Origin: Piedraia hortae CBS 480.64
Lineage: Eukaryota
DNA: 64,000 nt
NCBI GenBank assembly: GCA_010093745.1
Contig: MU005980.1
Location: 87,440-151,439, forward strand
Reading direction: 5' to 3'
Each line of letters opens with the position of its first letter. The first letter of the stretch is position 1. The position numbers were made by a program, and so were the translations under genes. Of the stretch, positions 12,215 to 22,600 are shown piece after piece. A model generated the notes under the pieces. That model searched no databases. It was not told the origin of the DNA and saw only the letters and a program-made list of their open reading frames with translations.

Positions 12215-13218
12215 GACCTGTTCTACCTAACGGAAGAATGATCTAAATAAACCTTCAGCTTGTGTCATTTTTTTGGAAAAAAGTTTGAAGCAAGTGCAAT
12301 AACGATGAGACAGACGCTTTGTAGCGCAGCTTCAAGCAAAAGATGTTATCATCTGCTTGAATCTGGGAGATATTAGCCCCAAAGAGCGGGATATCTTCGG
12401 CAAGTGTGACGCCAATTGTGTGGGTTGAGGCCGGTGAATTTAGTCGTTAATAATTAAGCGGGGTAACGACTAGTAACATGCGACGAGCTCATCCTCGTCA
12501 CACAATGAGGCGTGGGCCGTGCCGTTCGCACAATGAGTCTTATAGTCTTTTTAGTAATTAGACAAGATTTCATTCGTGGCAGCCTTCACCCTAAGTTGTG
12601 TCCAAGTAGCCTAAATTGAGTTATCTGCATTCAGGAAAGGAAGCCAGAGCTGATGTATCCTATGTTGGATCTCATGTTGATTTGGCCTTGAATTCTTGCT
12701 ATCACGATGTATCTCAAAGTCGTTGGCCTTTGTTGCAGAGAAAGATAATTTACACGAAATCGTTGTATTGTATCAACTCTCTTGCCACCCTTATCCTTCG
12801 TATAAGTAATCAGATCCTTCAAAGAAAAAAGGTTTACCTGTCAAAGAAACTCTGCTCCACCAACATTTTTGATATCATATTCCCATCGAATCGAAATTGT
12901 AAAACTCATAACGAGCTTGGAAAGATGTTGTATACATCGGCCAGGCAGTCCAATGCGCTGCTTCGCATAAGAAAAAACAATTCCTTTCTCTCTAGCCCAC
13001 TCAGATAAAAACCAGAGACCGACGTGCTCCAATGCGCTCAACACACATCCACCCTTTCTATCATTTCTGGTATCCAACTTCTTCACAAATTTTAGTTCAA
13101 TGTATGTGCACATACTTAATTTTCTGCATTCCCCAATGTCGGTGTCGCCCAAAGTCTTGGCAATCCCAACCCTAACCAACCTCAACCTCACCTCCCGTCA
13201 ACGACCAATCCAACCGCA

Positions 13219-14532
13219 ATGCCGCCCCTCCTCCGCAGCTTCCACCACCTCTTCCAGCGTACCTTCGCGCGCAGCATACCTAAAACCCGTAATAACTCCA
13301 CCTTCTTCAGCGCGACCCTCCCCCGCAACGCGCCTCTTTCCCGCGAAGCATCCCTCTCCCGCTGGCCGGCCACCTCCTCCCCGTCGGTAGGCCGCTTCCT
13401 CGTCCTCTCATCCGCAAGCGTCTTCGGAATTGTTGTCTTCGGGGGCCTAACCCGTCTCACCGAAAGTGGGCTGAGTATAACCGAATGGCGGCCTGTAACG
13501 GGGACTTTACCTCCGAGAGGGGAGGAAGGGTGGGAGAGGGAGTTTGAATTATACCGTGCGAGTCCGGAGTTTAAGATCTTGAATAGTCGGATGGAGTTGG
13601 ACGAGTTTAAGAAGATTTATTGGATGGAGTGGGGACATAGGCTTTGGGGGAGGGTTATTGGTTTGATGACTGTGGGGGGCGCGGTTTGGTTTGTGGCTAG
13701 GGGGAGGGTTGCCAGGAGGGATGCGTGGAGGTTACTCGGGATTTGTGCGGGGATTGGAGTTCAGGGGGGGATTGGGTGGTGGATGGTAAAGAGTGGGTTG
13801 AAGGATCCAGTGGGTGAGCAGCCAAGGGTGAGTCAGTACCGCCTTGCGGCGCATTTGGGGACGGCGTTTGTGGTTTATCTGGCGATGTTGGGGAGTGGGT
13901 TGAGGATTCTGAGGGACGGGAAGATGCTTAAGGAGCCGGGGAGGGCGTTGGAGAGGGTAGGGAGGCTTCGCGATGGGAGGTTGAGGCCGTTTAGAGGGGC
14001 GGTTCTAGCGCTTGCTGGGCTGGTCTTTGTGACGGCTATGTCTGGCGCGTTGGTCGCTGGACTGGATGCGGGGCTGGTGTATAATGACTTCCCGTGGATG
14101 GGTCAGGGTTTGCTTCCGCCGAGGAGGGAGATGATGGACCCGTTATATGCGAAGAAGCCAGACCAGAGTGATCTCGTCTGGAGGAACATGTTTGAGAACC
14201 CCGTCATGGCACAGCTGGATCATAGGATTCTGGCGACGACGACCTTTTGTGCTGTTCTCGGTCTCTGGGCGTTCTCAAAGAGGCCGCATCTGAAAAATCT
14301 TCTGCCGAGAGATGTACAAAAAGCTGTACTGGGCACGGTGCATCTGGTTACTCTACAAGTGTGTCTGGGGATTACCACACTATGGTATCTGGTTCCAACT
14401 CCACTCGCAGCAGCACATCAAGCAGGTGCTTTGGCATTGCTGACGGGAGTCTTTGTCCTTGCCGGACGAATGACGGTTCCTAAGAGAACAGTGAAACTGC
14501 TGGAAGCGGCGGTGAAAAGTCGAAAGTTGTAA
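13219..14532 (+). CDS. COX15: Heme A synthase COX15
   Basis: Motifs GGLTRLTESGLSITEWRPVTG, YWMEWGHRLWGR, GWWMVKSGL, VSQYRLAAHL, GALVAGLDAGLVYNDFP, AAAHQAG. Basic mitochondrial presequence. Confidence 0.97.
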   Translation: MPPLLRSFHHLFQRTFARSIPKTRNNSTFFSATLPRNAPLSREASLSRWPATSSPSVGRFLVLSSASVFGIVVFGGLTRLTESGLSITEWRPVTGTLPPRGEEGWEREFELYRASPEFKILNSRMELDEFKKIYWMEWGHRLWGRVIGLMTVGGAVWFVARGRVARRDAWRLLGICAGIGVQGGIGWWMVKSGLKDPVGEQPRVSQYRLAAHLGTAFVVYLAMLGSGLRILRDGKMLKEPGRALERVGRLRDGRLRPFRGAVLALAGLVFVTAMSGALVAGLDAGLVYNDFPWMGQGLLPPRREMMDPLYAKKPDQSDLVWRNMFENPVMAQLDHRILATTTFCAVLGLWAFSKRPHLKNLLPRDVQKAVLGTVHLVTLQVCLGITTLWYLVPTPLAAAHQAGALALLTGVFVLAGRMTVPKRTVKLLEAAVKSRKL

Positions 14533-14533
14533 A

Positions 14534-15373
14534 TTAAGTGTATATCATAGAGATGAGCTCAATATCCTCCCAACTTACTTGGTTGATTCGCAGGACTTCT
14601 AAAGTCCGGTCTTCACGCATCCGAGCCATTGCTCGGCAAAGTAGTCCTTTACTGCCGAGAAAAACTGCACTTTCCTTTGCCCACTGCTTGCTATGGTTCC
14701 ACAGGCGATACGTACCGGTTACATAGGGTGGCCTGTCGTGGTAGAGATCTTTAAATTCAAAGTGCTGGGTCCGTTCGTCCCGGAAAGAATGTGTTACACG
14801 AGCATACGTTTCGAGAATGATGTTTTGTTGACTCTTTGCTGCTCGGGAGGCTGCGTTGATAGCTTCTCCTATGCGAAAGCATGTTCTCAGCAGGCTTTGT
14901 GAGCTGGCCCCGGAGATTGGGGAGCGGTTTTGGATGGGTGTCGGGAAAGGTTTACGGACTATTGGTTTGTGTTGTGCAGCCTCTTCTAAGGATGCAATTG
15001 GAGATGCGGCTTCATTCACTTTACCAGACAAGGACATAGCTTCCATGACGAGATCATCGAACAAGTCTTCTGAATATGATGTGCTTGCATTGGAGCCCTG
15101 TGTCTCAACATTTACAGCATCGTTCTCTGTAGACAATATTCTTGTTTCACAACACTGATTCTTTGCTTCTTCCTCCAACTCTACTGCAAATTCGGACAGG
15201 CCGTCAGAGGAAAGATAGTCGCTTGAAGACCTACGCTGACGTTTCTCCAAAGGTTCACTTTCTTCAGGAACATTTTGCTGAGAGTTGCGTGGCTGTACGA
15301 TAGTCCTTCGAACACGGATCTTATCACCACTCCTACGACGCTTTACCTTTGGTAATGAATGTGTCACTGTCAT
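14534..15373 (-). CDS. Conserved fungal hypothetical protein
   Basis: 279-aa ORF with acidic N-half and globular C-half (LRTCFRIGEA...ETYARV...FKDLYHDRPPY). Start uncertain. Confidence 0.65.
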   Translation of the reverse strand: MTVTHSLPKVKRRRSGDKIRVRRTIVQPRNSQQNVPEESEPLEKRQRRSSSDYLSSDGLSEFAVELEEEAKNQCCETRILSTENDAVNVETQGSNASTSYSEDLFDDLVMEAMSLSGKVNEAASPIASLEEAAQHKPIVRKPFPTPIQNRSPISGASSQSLLRTCFRIGEAINAASRAAKSQQNIILETYARVTHSFRDERTQHFEFKDLYHDRPPYVTGTYRLWNHSKQWAKESAVFLGSKGLLCRAMARMREDRTLEVLRINQVSWEDIELISMIYT

Positions 15374-15480
15374 TGTGAAGTGTTGACTCCCCGTGGTGTG
15401 TTTGGTAAAGTGCCCCTCTTCCTGCCTGAGGCATCATCAGCCACCCCATGACGACCGCGCCAACCACGCTGTCTGCAGCC

Positions 15481-16437
15481 ATGGGTTCGAAAGCGATTGT
15501 ATCGTCGTTCATCGAAGCCGCTCCGCCTGGCGAGGTTTGTGTGCGAACCGTACCTATCCCCACTAACCGTCACAGCTTTCCAACGTAATCGCCGGTTTGC
15601 CATCCCTCCGTCTTTCTATCTCCCTCTAAACAGGACGTAGACATCAAAGTCCTTGCGCCCAACGATCTGTCCTCTCTTACCCCAGCGTACCAAGCCTACC
15701 ACGAGGCGCAGTATACCGTGGCCACGCTTCCGGACAACAGCGGAACCGTAAGCCTCTCTCCATCTCAGTACCCACTAAACGGGTAAAACAGACGATCATC
15801 AGCTCGTACAACCGCCTCAGCGATGGCCGATACTTTGACTCCGTCGCGGGGATCGCATTCGATTTCGATTATACCACCCAGGTCTTTCCATCCCTATCAT
15901 ATTTGAACACTACTAACGTTGCCTGAGTAGAAAACCTCAAACCCCGAGCCTCACTCCATCCCCGACTCCTCAACCGTGTCATCTCTGCACAAGTCCTTCC
16001 ATACGTCAGCGGATGAGCACTTCCCCTCCTCCACAGTGTCCATAATCCCCGGTGAACCGACAATATTTCTCCTCGTCGCGAACAAATACAGTCCCAGCAA
16101 CTTCTGGAACGCACGGTGGCGGTCAACCTACACCCTCTCTGGCGGGACGCTGGAGGGCAAAATTGTCGTAGACGTGCACTACTATGAAGACGGCAACGTG
16201 CGCATGACGAGTACGCACACGGTCCCTCCCACGAATACTACATCAGGAAACGTGGCGCGGGTGATTGCAAAGGAAGAGGATAAGTTCCAGGAGGAACTGA
16301 ACAGAGCGTTTGGGAATCTGGCCGAAGGGACGTTTAAGGCGCTGAGGAGACAGCTCCCAGTGACGAGACAGAGGGTCGATTGGGATAAGATTGGGGGGTA
16401 TAGACTCGGGCAGGATATTGGGGGAAGTAGGAGGTAG
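15481..16437 (+). CDS. CAP1: F-actin capping protein alpha subunit (5 exons)
   Basis: Exon 1 MGSKAIVSSFIEAAPPGE. Introns 15535-15575, 15595-15640, 15748-15791, 15882-15930. Motifs NKYSPSNFWNARWRS, VDVHYYEDGNV, FKALRRQLPVTRQ. Confidence 0.95.
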
Positions 16438-16531
16438 ATTATACATCAGAATGTGGGGTTGAGACAATGACGTTGGACCCCCACTATACGAAAAATTATT
16501 TCAACCAACGCACTTTGTAAGATATACCAAA

Positions 16532-17615
16532 ATGCCTCTCCAAACCACATACAACGGTGCCCCCACCCCCCTTTCCCCCCTTCCCACCTACCTCACTAAT
16601 AGTGCCAGACCCCGTGGTGTTAGGGATCATAGGCGGAACAGGCCTCACATCCCTCCTCCCCACCCTCCACCCAGTCGCGGAGTTAACCCCCACCACACCC
16701 TGGGGTAGTCCATCCGGTCCGATAACAATCTTCCACTATACTCCCCGCCAGGGTAACTCCTCCCAGGTCTACCCAATAGCTTTCCTCCCCCGCCACAGCG
16801 CCACCCACTCCCTCGCCCCCCACGAAGCCCCCTCCCGCGCTAACATCTCCGCATTACGTTCCCTCGGGGTAAGAAGTATCCTCTCTTTCTCCGCGGTGGG
16901 GAGTCTTCGCGAGGAAATGAAGCCGAGGGATGTGGTCATTCCGGATCAGGTAATTGATCGCACGAAGGGCGTTAGGGCTTTTACGTTTTTTGAAGGCGGG
17001 GTTGTGTGCCATTTGGGTGGGGGTGGGGGGTTTGATGATGTGCTGGGGAGGGAGGTTAGAAGAGCCGTGGTTTGGGAGGGAGGCTTACGCTCTGATGCTG
17101 CTGAGAAGGGGGATATGGATGTGAAGAATACGAGTGGCAAAGACGTCAAGGACAGCAAAGACAGCAAGGATGAAAAAGCAGCCCTCCCTCCAAACGTCAC
17201 GGTCCATGACAAGGGAACACTAATCTGCATTGAAGGCCCACAGTTCAGCACGCAGGCAGAGTCACGACTCTACCGCTCGTGGGGAGGGAGTGTGATTAAC
17301 ATGTCCACCTTGCCGGAAGCGAAACTTGCAAGAGAAGCTGAGATTGCGTATGTTTTGATTTGTATGGTTACAGACTATGATTCGTGGTCAGATGACCACG
17401 GGGATGTTAGTGTTGAGACTGTGATGGGACATCTGAAGGCGAATGGAGTCACGGCCGCTGCTGTTTTGCAAAGGATTCTTGATCATGTGATTGGTAAGGA
17501 AGTACTTGAAGCGAAACATCTATATGGTCTAGTGAAGAGTGGGATTTGTACTGCCCCTGAAGGGAGGTCAGAAGAGGCGATGAAGAAGTTGAGTTTCATG
17601 TTTCCGACTATGTAA
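16532..17615 (+). CDS. MEU1: S-methyl-5'-thioadenosine phosphorylase (MTAP)
   Basis: ATG at 16532 and intron 16557-16608 give MPLQTTYNDPVVLGIIGGTG. Motifs TPWGSPS, FLPRH, SAVGSL, EGPQFST.AES, INMS.LPEAKLARE, VTDYD. Confidence 0.93.
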
Positions 17616-18114
17616 CTAACACATCCTCCGCACGTACATGATCGAAAGAGTTGCCAGTAAAGTGTGGTGTATTGCACGCAGTGGAATGATACCTCAGGTA
17701 AACATGATTCCATGTCGATATATTGATTTCCTCTTCCTGTCTTGAGACTTCGCGTTATCTGGTGCGCAAGTTCACGTGTGGAGAATGGATGAGGGCGTGG
17801 GGAAGTGGGTTGGTTGCCTTCACAAATCTCTAGAAGATGGGAATGCCGTAAGCTAAGGTCTTACCCGAGCCTGTACTTGCCTTTGTAACGACGTCATACC
17901 CAGCGAGGATTGCAGGGATCGCGGCGCTTTGTACAGGGGCGAGTGAGGAGAGGAAGAAGGAGCGATGGGTGGCCCTGCCCCGCGGCGGAAATCTTCCGAT
18001 TCCCTTCTGCTTGGACGTCGCCCGGATGGAATTGCTTCAAGCAATCACAGCTTGCAACTACACAGTCTCTTTGTAGGCAGCGGAGACGGCGATTCGTACC
18101 GACTATATAACTAG

Positions 18115-20001
18115 CTACCAATCAAGCTGTACCGAGCCCATAAAAGGCCCAGATTCGTTGAGGATGGCCGAGCTACTGGGATATTTCACGTTGACGCCCG
18201 CGTTGACGCGCTGAGAGAGGATATGTTTGAGCTCGGCGCGCAGAGCGGTAGTTTCCTTCTTTGATAGCTTCGCGTCTTCTTGTTCCCGTTTCCTTCGATC
18301 CCGTCCGCGGCCCTGGCGACCCTTGTCGGATAATTCGTCTAGGCTGTCAAGATCTCTTCCCAACTCCTCGGCCGCCGCACGGAAGAACTCTTCTTCTTTG
18401 CTGACCTTTTCTTTCGCGCGGCCGACGTCAGCGAGACGCTTTGCAATGGCGGTGCGCTGTTTCAGTTGAGACACAATCCGCCGGTCCAGGCCCAGCTCGC
18501 GAATCTTTTGCCCGTTGTGGATCTTGGACGCAAGACGATGTACATCGCCCATGTCTTCGGGCCCACAGAGAATCAGACTCTTGCCTTCTTGCCCCGCCCG
18601 CGCGGTGCGACCTGACCGGTGCACGTACATGTCTGCTGTCCTTGGCAAGTGGTAGTGGATGATCAGGTCGACGTTGGGGATGTCCAGCCCGCGCGCCGCT
18701 ACGTCTGTCGTGACGAGGATGCAGGGCTTGGACTCTTTGGCGGCGAGCGAGAGTCGCTCCACGGACCGGAGACGGGCTTTTTGTGCCATGTTGGAGTGCA
18801 GTGGCAGCGCGGGTAGGGTGAGGTTTTGGAGGAAGGGAACAAGACGCTTGACTGCGTCAATGGAGTTGACGAAGACCATGATGCGTTCGGTATGATGTAT
18901 GAGAGCCATGGTATAGAGGTAGACGTCCCTTTCCAGAGCAGCACACCGCACGAGGCCCTCCTTGAGCCCTGTTGCCACGGCCTCGACGGGGTCGACATCG
19001 ATGAACTTGGGCTTTTCCTCGCGGAAGTTGAGCTTTGTCAGAAGATATTCCATTGACCGCTTGTTCTCCCTGCTGGATTTGCTGCTCAATTTCTTCTGCA
19101 AGCCCTTGTCAAACGTTGCCGAGAAGACGAGCGTTTGACGCTCAGTTTCGTTTCCGTCCCACTTGAGTGCATTGAGGATCTCTTCGACCTCACGGTACTG
19201 ACCCTCGCTGAGGAGACGGTCGGCTTCGTCCAGCACCAAAAACTCGCTCCGCTGGAGAGACTGCATGGTTTCCTCTTTGGCGCACATGACCTCCCACAGT
19301 CGTCCCGGCGTGCCGATGACAATATGCGCCGTTCGCAACAGTCGCTCTTGTTTTTGAATCGACATGCCGCCGGTCAAGGTGGCAATGCCTGGGCCGTTGG
19401 GCATGGACGCGCAGAGGGCTTTGAGGTGTTTGCTGATCTGCTGCGCAAGCTCTCGCGTGGGAGAGAGGATGAGGGCCAGACTCTGCTTCTTGCCATTTTC
19501 CAGAAATCGTTCCAGGATGGGGATGCCGTATGCCAACGTCTTGCCGGAGCCGGTGCTTGCCTTCCCCACGACATCATGGCCAGCGAGGATTTCAGGGATG
19601 GCGGCCTTTTGGATGGGGGTGGGCTTGGGAAATTGGAGGCGTGCCACGGCCGCCAAACTATCTGGTGATAGCTGAAGGCTCTTCCATGCCGAGACATCAG
19701 TCTCCGCGTCCTTCTCCTCTTCAAGGACGCCGAATCCGGTCAGATTCTGCTCCTCGGGAATCGCCTCCGACTCCTCATCAGAAAAGCCATTCCACTCCGA
19801 CTCTTCGTCGGCAGCAAGAAACGTCACTCTTCCGTTCGAGTCTCGCACCACCTCTACATCTTCTACCTCTTCCAATCCGAGGAAGCCTTCGTAATCATCC
19901 AGCCGCTGAGGTATGGAACACTCTTTCCAGCCAAGGGAAGTTGCAGTTTTTTGACGTTTGTTGGAATGCTCGACCTTGGATACTTTTCGCTTGTTTGCCA
20001 T
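18115..20001 (-). CDS. MAK5: DEAD-box RNA helicase Mak5/DDX24
   Basis: Motifs [54 protein letters not shown]-terminal EGFLGLEEVEDV is typical of Mak5. Confidence 0.92.
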   Translation of the reverse strand: MANKRKVSKVEHSNKRQKTATSLGWKECSIPQRLDDYEGFLGLEEVEDVEVVRDSNGRVTFLAADEESEWNGFSDEESEAIPEEQNLTGFGVLEEEKDAETDVSAWKSLQLSPDSLAAVARLQFPKPTPIQKAAIPEILAGHDVVGKASTGSGKTLAYGIPILERFLENGKKQSLALILSPTRELAQQISKHLKALCASMPNGPGIATLTGGMSIQKQERLLRTAHIVIGTPGRLWEVMCAKEETMQSLQRSEFLVLDEADRLLSEGQYREVEEILNALKWDGNETERQTLVFSATFDKGLQKKLSSKSSRENKRSMEYLLTKLNFREEKPKFIDVDPVEAVATGLKEGLVRCAALERDVYLYTMALIHHTERIMVFVNSIDAVKRLVPFLQNLTLPALPLHSNMAQKARLRSVERLSLAAKESKPCILVTTDVAARGLDIPNVDLIIHYHLPRTADMYVHRSGRTARAGQEGKSLILCGPEDMGDVHRLASKIHNGQKIRELGLDRRIVSQLKQRTAIAKRLADVGRAKEKVSKEEEFFRAAAEELGRDLDSLDELSDKGRQGRGRDRRKREQEDAKLSKKETTALRAELKHILSQRVNAGVNVKYPSSSAILNESGPFMGSVQLDW

Positions 20002-20299
20002 GTTATATGTCGTTGGATGTGTGCCTGTCTTGATCTACCTAAACTTGGCCCAAAATTATTTTGATCGGGCAGTGAGGCCAACAAACTAAGCTTTCTGTTT
20101 ATTACAGATATGTACGTCAATTACCGTCACTATCAATATCACTCCAACAACACCTCAACGCTGGTGACCAGACAGTCGTCCTTCATTGGTCACGTAATCT
20201 AGGCAGTTGGGAAGGTGCGCTGACATCGGTTCTGCGCAGTTATATAGTAGACAGAGTAGGCAGTCCTGCCCGATTCCATCGGAAAATATCATTAGCACG

Positions 20300-22600
20300 A
20301 TGGCACTCTCTCCAATTTCTGTAAAGAATACCCAAGCGTTGATTACTGCCTACACAGCACAGCTCATCCATGGCTGCGGCAGCCCATCCTGCAGAGAGCA
20401 GTTTTGCGATACTGGGAAGCAAAATATTGAGCCGAACGGTCAACATCGTAAATGGACTCCACGGTCCGCACGCGCCCTCGCACTGAGACTGGCTGCGTCG
20501 CCGCTACCGAGAAAACATTTGTGTCAATATTATGACGGCAGAGAGACAAACAACACAGAAGGCCCCCACGATCCATCATCTTTGGAACAGCTGATATGCG
20601 ACACGTCAATCGTTCGGAAGCTCTGTTCCGGGGAGCCAGTTTCTCTCAAACACTCACAAAGTTCTATATTGATAGAGGTCGAGCGACTGCTTAGCCAGTC
20701 CGCCGTGTGCTATGCAGTCGTGGCGCTACTCCAGTATCTCCCAAAGGGGTACACGTCGCAAGAGCAAAGAATGGTGCTGAAGATCATAAAGTCTGGCTGC
20801 GGATATCCCCACAGACCCGGCCACTATAAAGTAACCAGCAGTGTCATGAAGCTGCTGGACGCGTACAACGACAGTGCTCCTTGGCCACTTGTGAGCCGGA
20901 TTTGTTGCCTTGGTGATGCCTATTTTTTGGCCATATGCAACCACTTGTGGATTCACCACTCTCAAGAAATGGTAACGTCTCTAGTTATCTGGCTCATGCG
21001 AATATTCTGCAATCGTTGGAACGCATCACCTATTCTTACCGATCCCGTTACCATCGGGGCTCTTTCTCTCATCGACAAGCTCGTCACCAGCCAAGACGCA
21101 CCCAAAGACTATAGCTTTTCATTCTTTGTAACAGCCATCGATAGCCGACTAGACACCAGAGAAGTGGTCGATACCTGGCTCAATTCTCCAGACAAGGGCA
21201 CCCACATCTTCAACTTTGCATGCAGCCTGCAGTGTGCGCACCGAACACGCTACTTTTACCTGATCAACCACATGCGGATGCGCACTGCATTGAGCAGAAG
21301 TTCCAAACTAGAAAAGGTCAGGGACAGTCTGTGCCGCCTCACCGGGCATGTACCCTCCGGCCTTACGCAGCCTCGCCACCTCTTACTGGAAGTCTCTCGG
21401 TCAAGGATATGGGAAGACGTCTGCGAGCAGTTATACGGGCGAAAGGCATCACACCTGTTGCTGCCTCTCCACGTCCGGCTAGGCGATCTCCATTTCGGCC
21501 AAGACTATGGTGGCCCGCAGGTTGAATTCTTCAACCTTCTCTGCCACGCCGTGTTTGACCCAGAAGTGGGGATGTTTGAGCGGTTGGGTTCATTCGATTA
21601 CTTTCTCCCTGGGTCATTGGAGCCACTGTACAAATATGAAATCCTAGGGCTGGCTATGGCGCTGGCAGTTCACAACTCAATCACCCTGCCAGTCGATCTG
21701 CCCCTAGCAATGTACCAAATCATACTAGATGGGTTGGAAGACAGCGTCGAGGGTCTCTCCCTGGACGCGGCATCCCTTGAGCGTGCCTTAAAAAACCTCA
21801 CCGAAGAGGAACTAAACTCCTGGCTCCGCGTCAAGGACTTGATATCAACCCAACCCGACCCCGACATCAGCGACGCTTGGCCTGAAATCAACAAGTCCCT
21901 GGCCCACCCCGCCGAGACCTGGAACGCAAGCTGGTCATTCACCCTATCTGCCAATGGCCTTCACCTCGAAGTTGCACCCACAGACCCCATGACGGGCATA
22001 CTACACGTTTATTCTGGCCTACCACCAAACGAGCCCCCACCAACCTGGCCCGGCTGGACTCTTATCCCTACAACCTCAACCCCCCGCCCCGTCCTTGCCC
22101 TTAACAACCCTCCCTTCACCCGACGCATGAAACTCTGGCTGGTCATCGGCCGGGTCTACCCACAACTAACCTCCTTCCTTCAAGGCTGGCACCACATTTT
22201 CCCCCGAGGGAGCCTCAAACCCATCTTCCACGAGGCTACCTTCCTCCGCCAGATGGTCCAAGGCACGCGGAACCTTGACGTCGGAAACCTCCGCGAAGCA
22301 TGTCTATACGAAACGCAGGACGAATATCTCAAACTATTTTGGGAGGTGATTTCGACCTGGACGCCGGAGATGGTGAAGGGACTAGTGAGATTTGTGACTG
22401 CGTTGGAGAGAACGCCGGTCAGAGGAGAGGCGGATTGTGCGTTTGAAATTATTAAAGATGAGCAGGAGAAGGGGGAGAAACTTCCTAGGGCGTCGACGTG
22501 TTTTCGAAAATTGTTTTTGCCGATTTATAAAGATAAAGAGATGTTGGATGAGAAGTTGAGGATGGCGGTGGAGATGGGGGTTGGGTTTGGGGATGCGTAG
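20300..22600 (+). CDS. HECT E3 ubiquitin ligase with N-terminal AZUL-like Zn finger
   Basis: QLIHGCGSPSCREQFC (AZUL-like); GQDYGGPQVEFF; catalytic LPRASTCF; C-terminal GFGDA. First ATG at 20300. Confidence 0.85.
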   Translation: MALSPISVKNTQALITAYTAQLIHGCGSPSCREQFCDTGKQNIEPNGQHRKWTPRSARALALRLAASPLPRKHLCQYYDGRETNNTEGPHDPSSLEQLICDTSIVRKLCSGEPVSLKHSQSSILIEVERLLSQSAVCYAVVALLQYLPKGYTSQEQRMVLKIIKSGCGYPHRPGHYKVTSSVMKLLDAYNDSAPWPLVSRICCLGDAYFLAICNHLWIHHSQEMVTSLVIWLMRIFCNRWNASPILTDPVTIGALSLIDKLVTSQDAPKDYSFSFFVTAIDSRLDTREVVDTWLNSPDKGTHIFNFACSLQCAHRTRYFYLINHMRMRTALSRSSKLEKVRDSLCRLTGHVPSGLTQPRHLLLEVSRSRIWEDVCEQLYGRKASHLLLPLHVRLGDLHFGQDYGGPQVEFFNLLCHAVFDPEVGMFERLGSFDYFLPGSLEPLYKYEILGLAMALAVHNSITLPVDLPLAMYQIILDGLEDSVEGLSLDAASLERALKNLTEEELNSWLRVKDLISTQPDPDISDAWPEINKSLAHPAETWNASWSFTLSANGLHLEVAPTDPMTGILHVYSGLPPNEPPPTWPGWTLIPTTSTPRPVLALNNPPFTRRMKLWLVIGRVYPQLTSFLQGWHHIFPRGSLKPIFHEATFLRQMVQGTRNLDVGNLREACLYETQDEYLKLFWEVISTWTPEMVKGLVRFVTALERTPVRGEADCAFEIIKDEQEKGEKLPRASTCFRKLFLPIYKDKEMLDEKLRMAVEMGVGFGDA

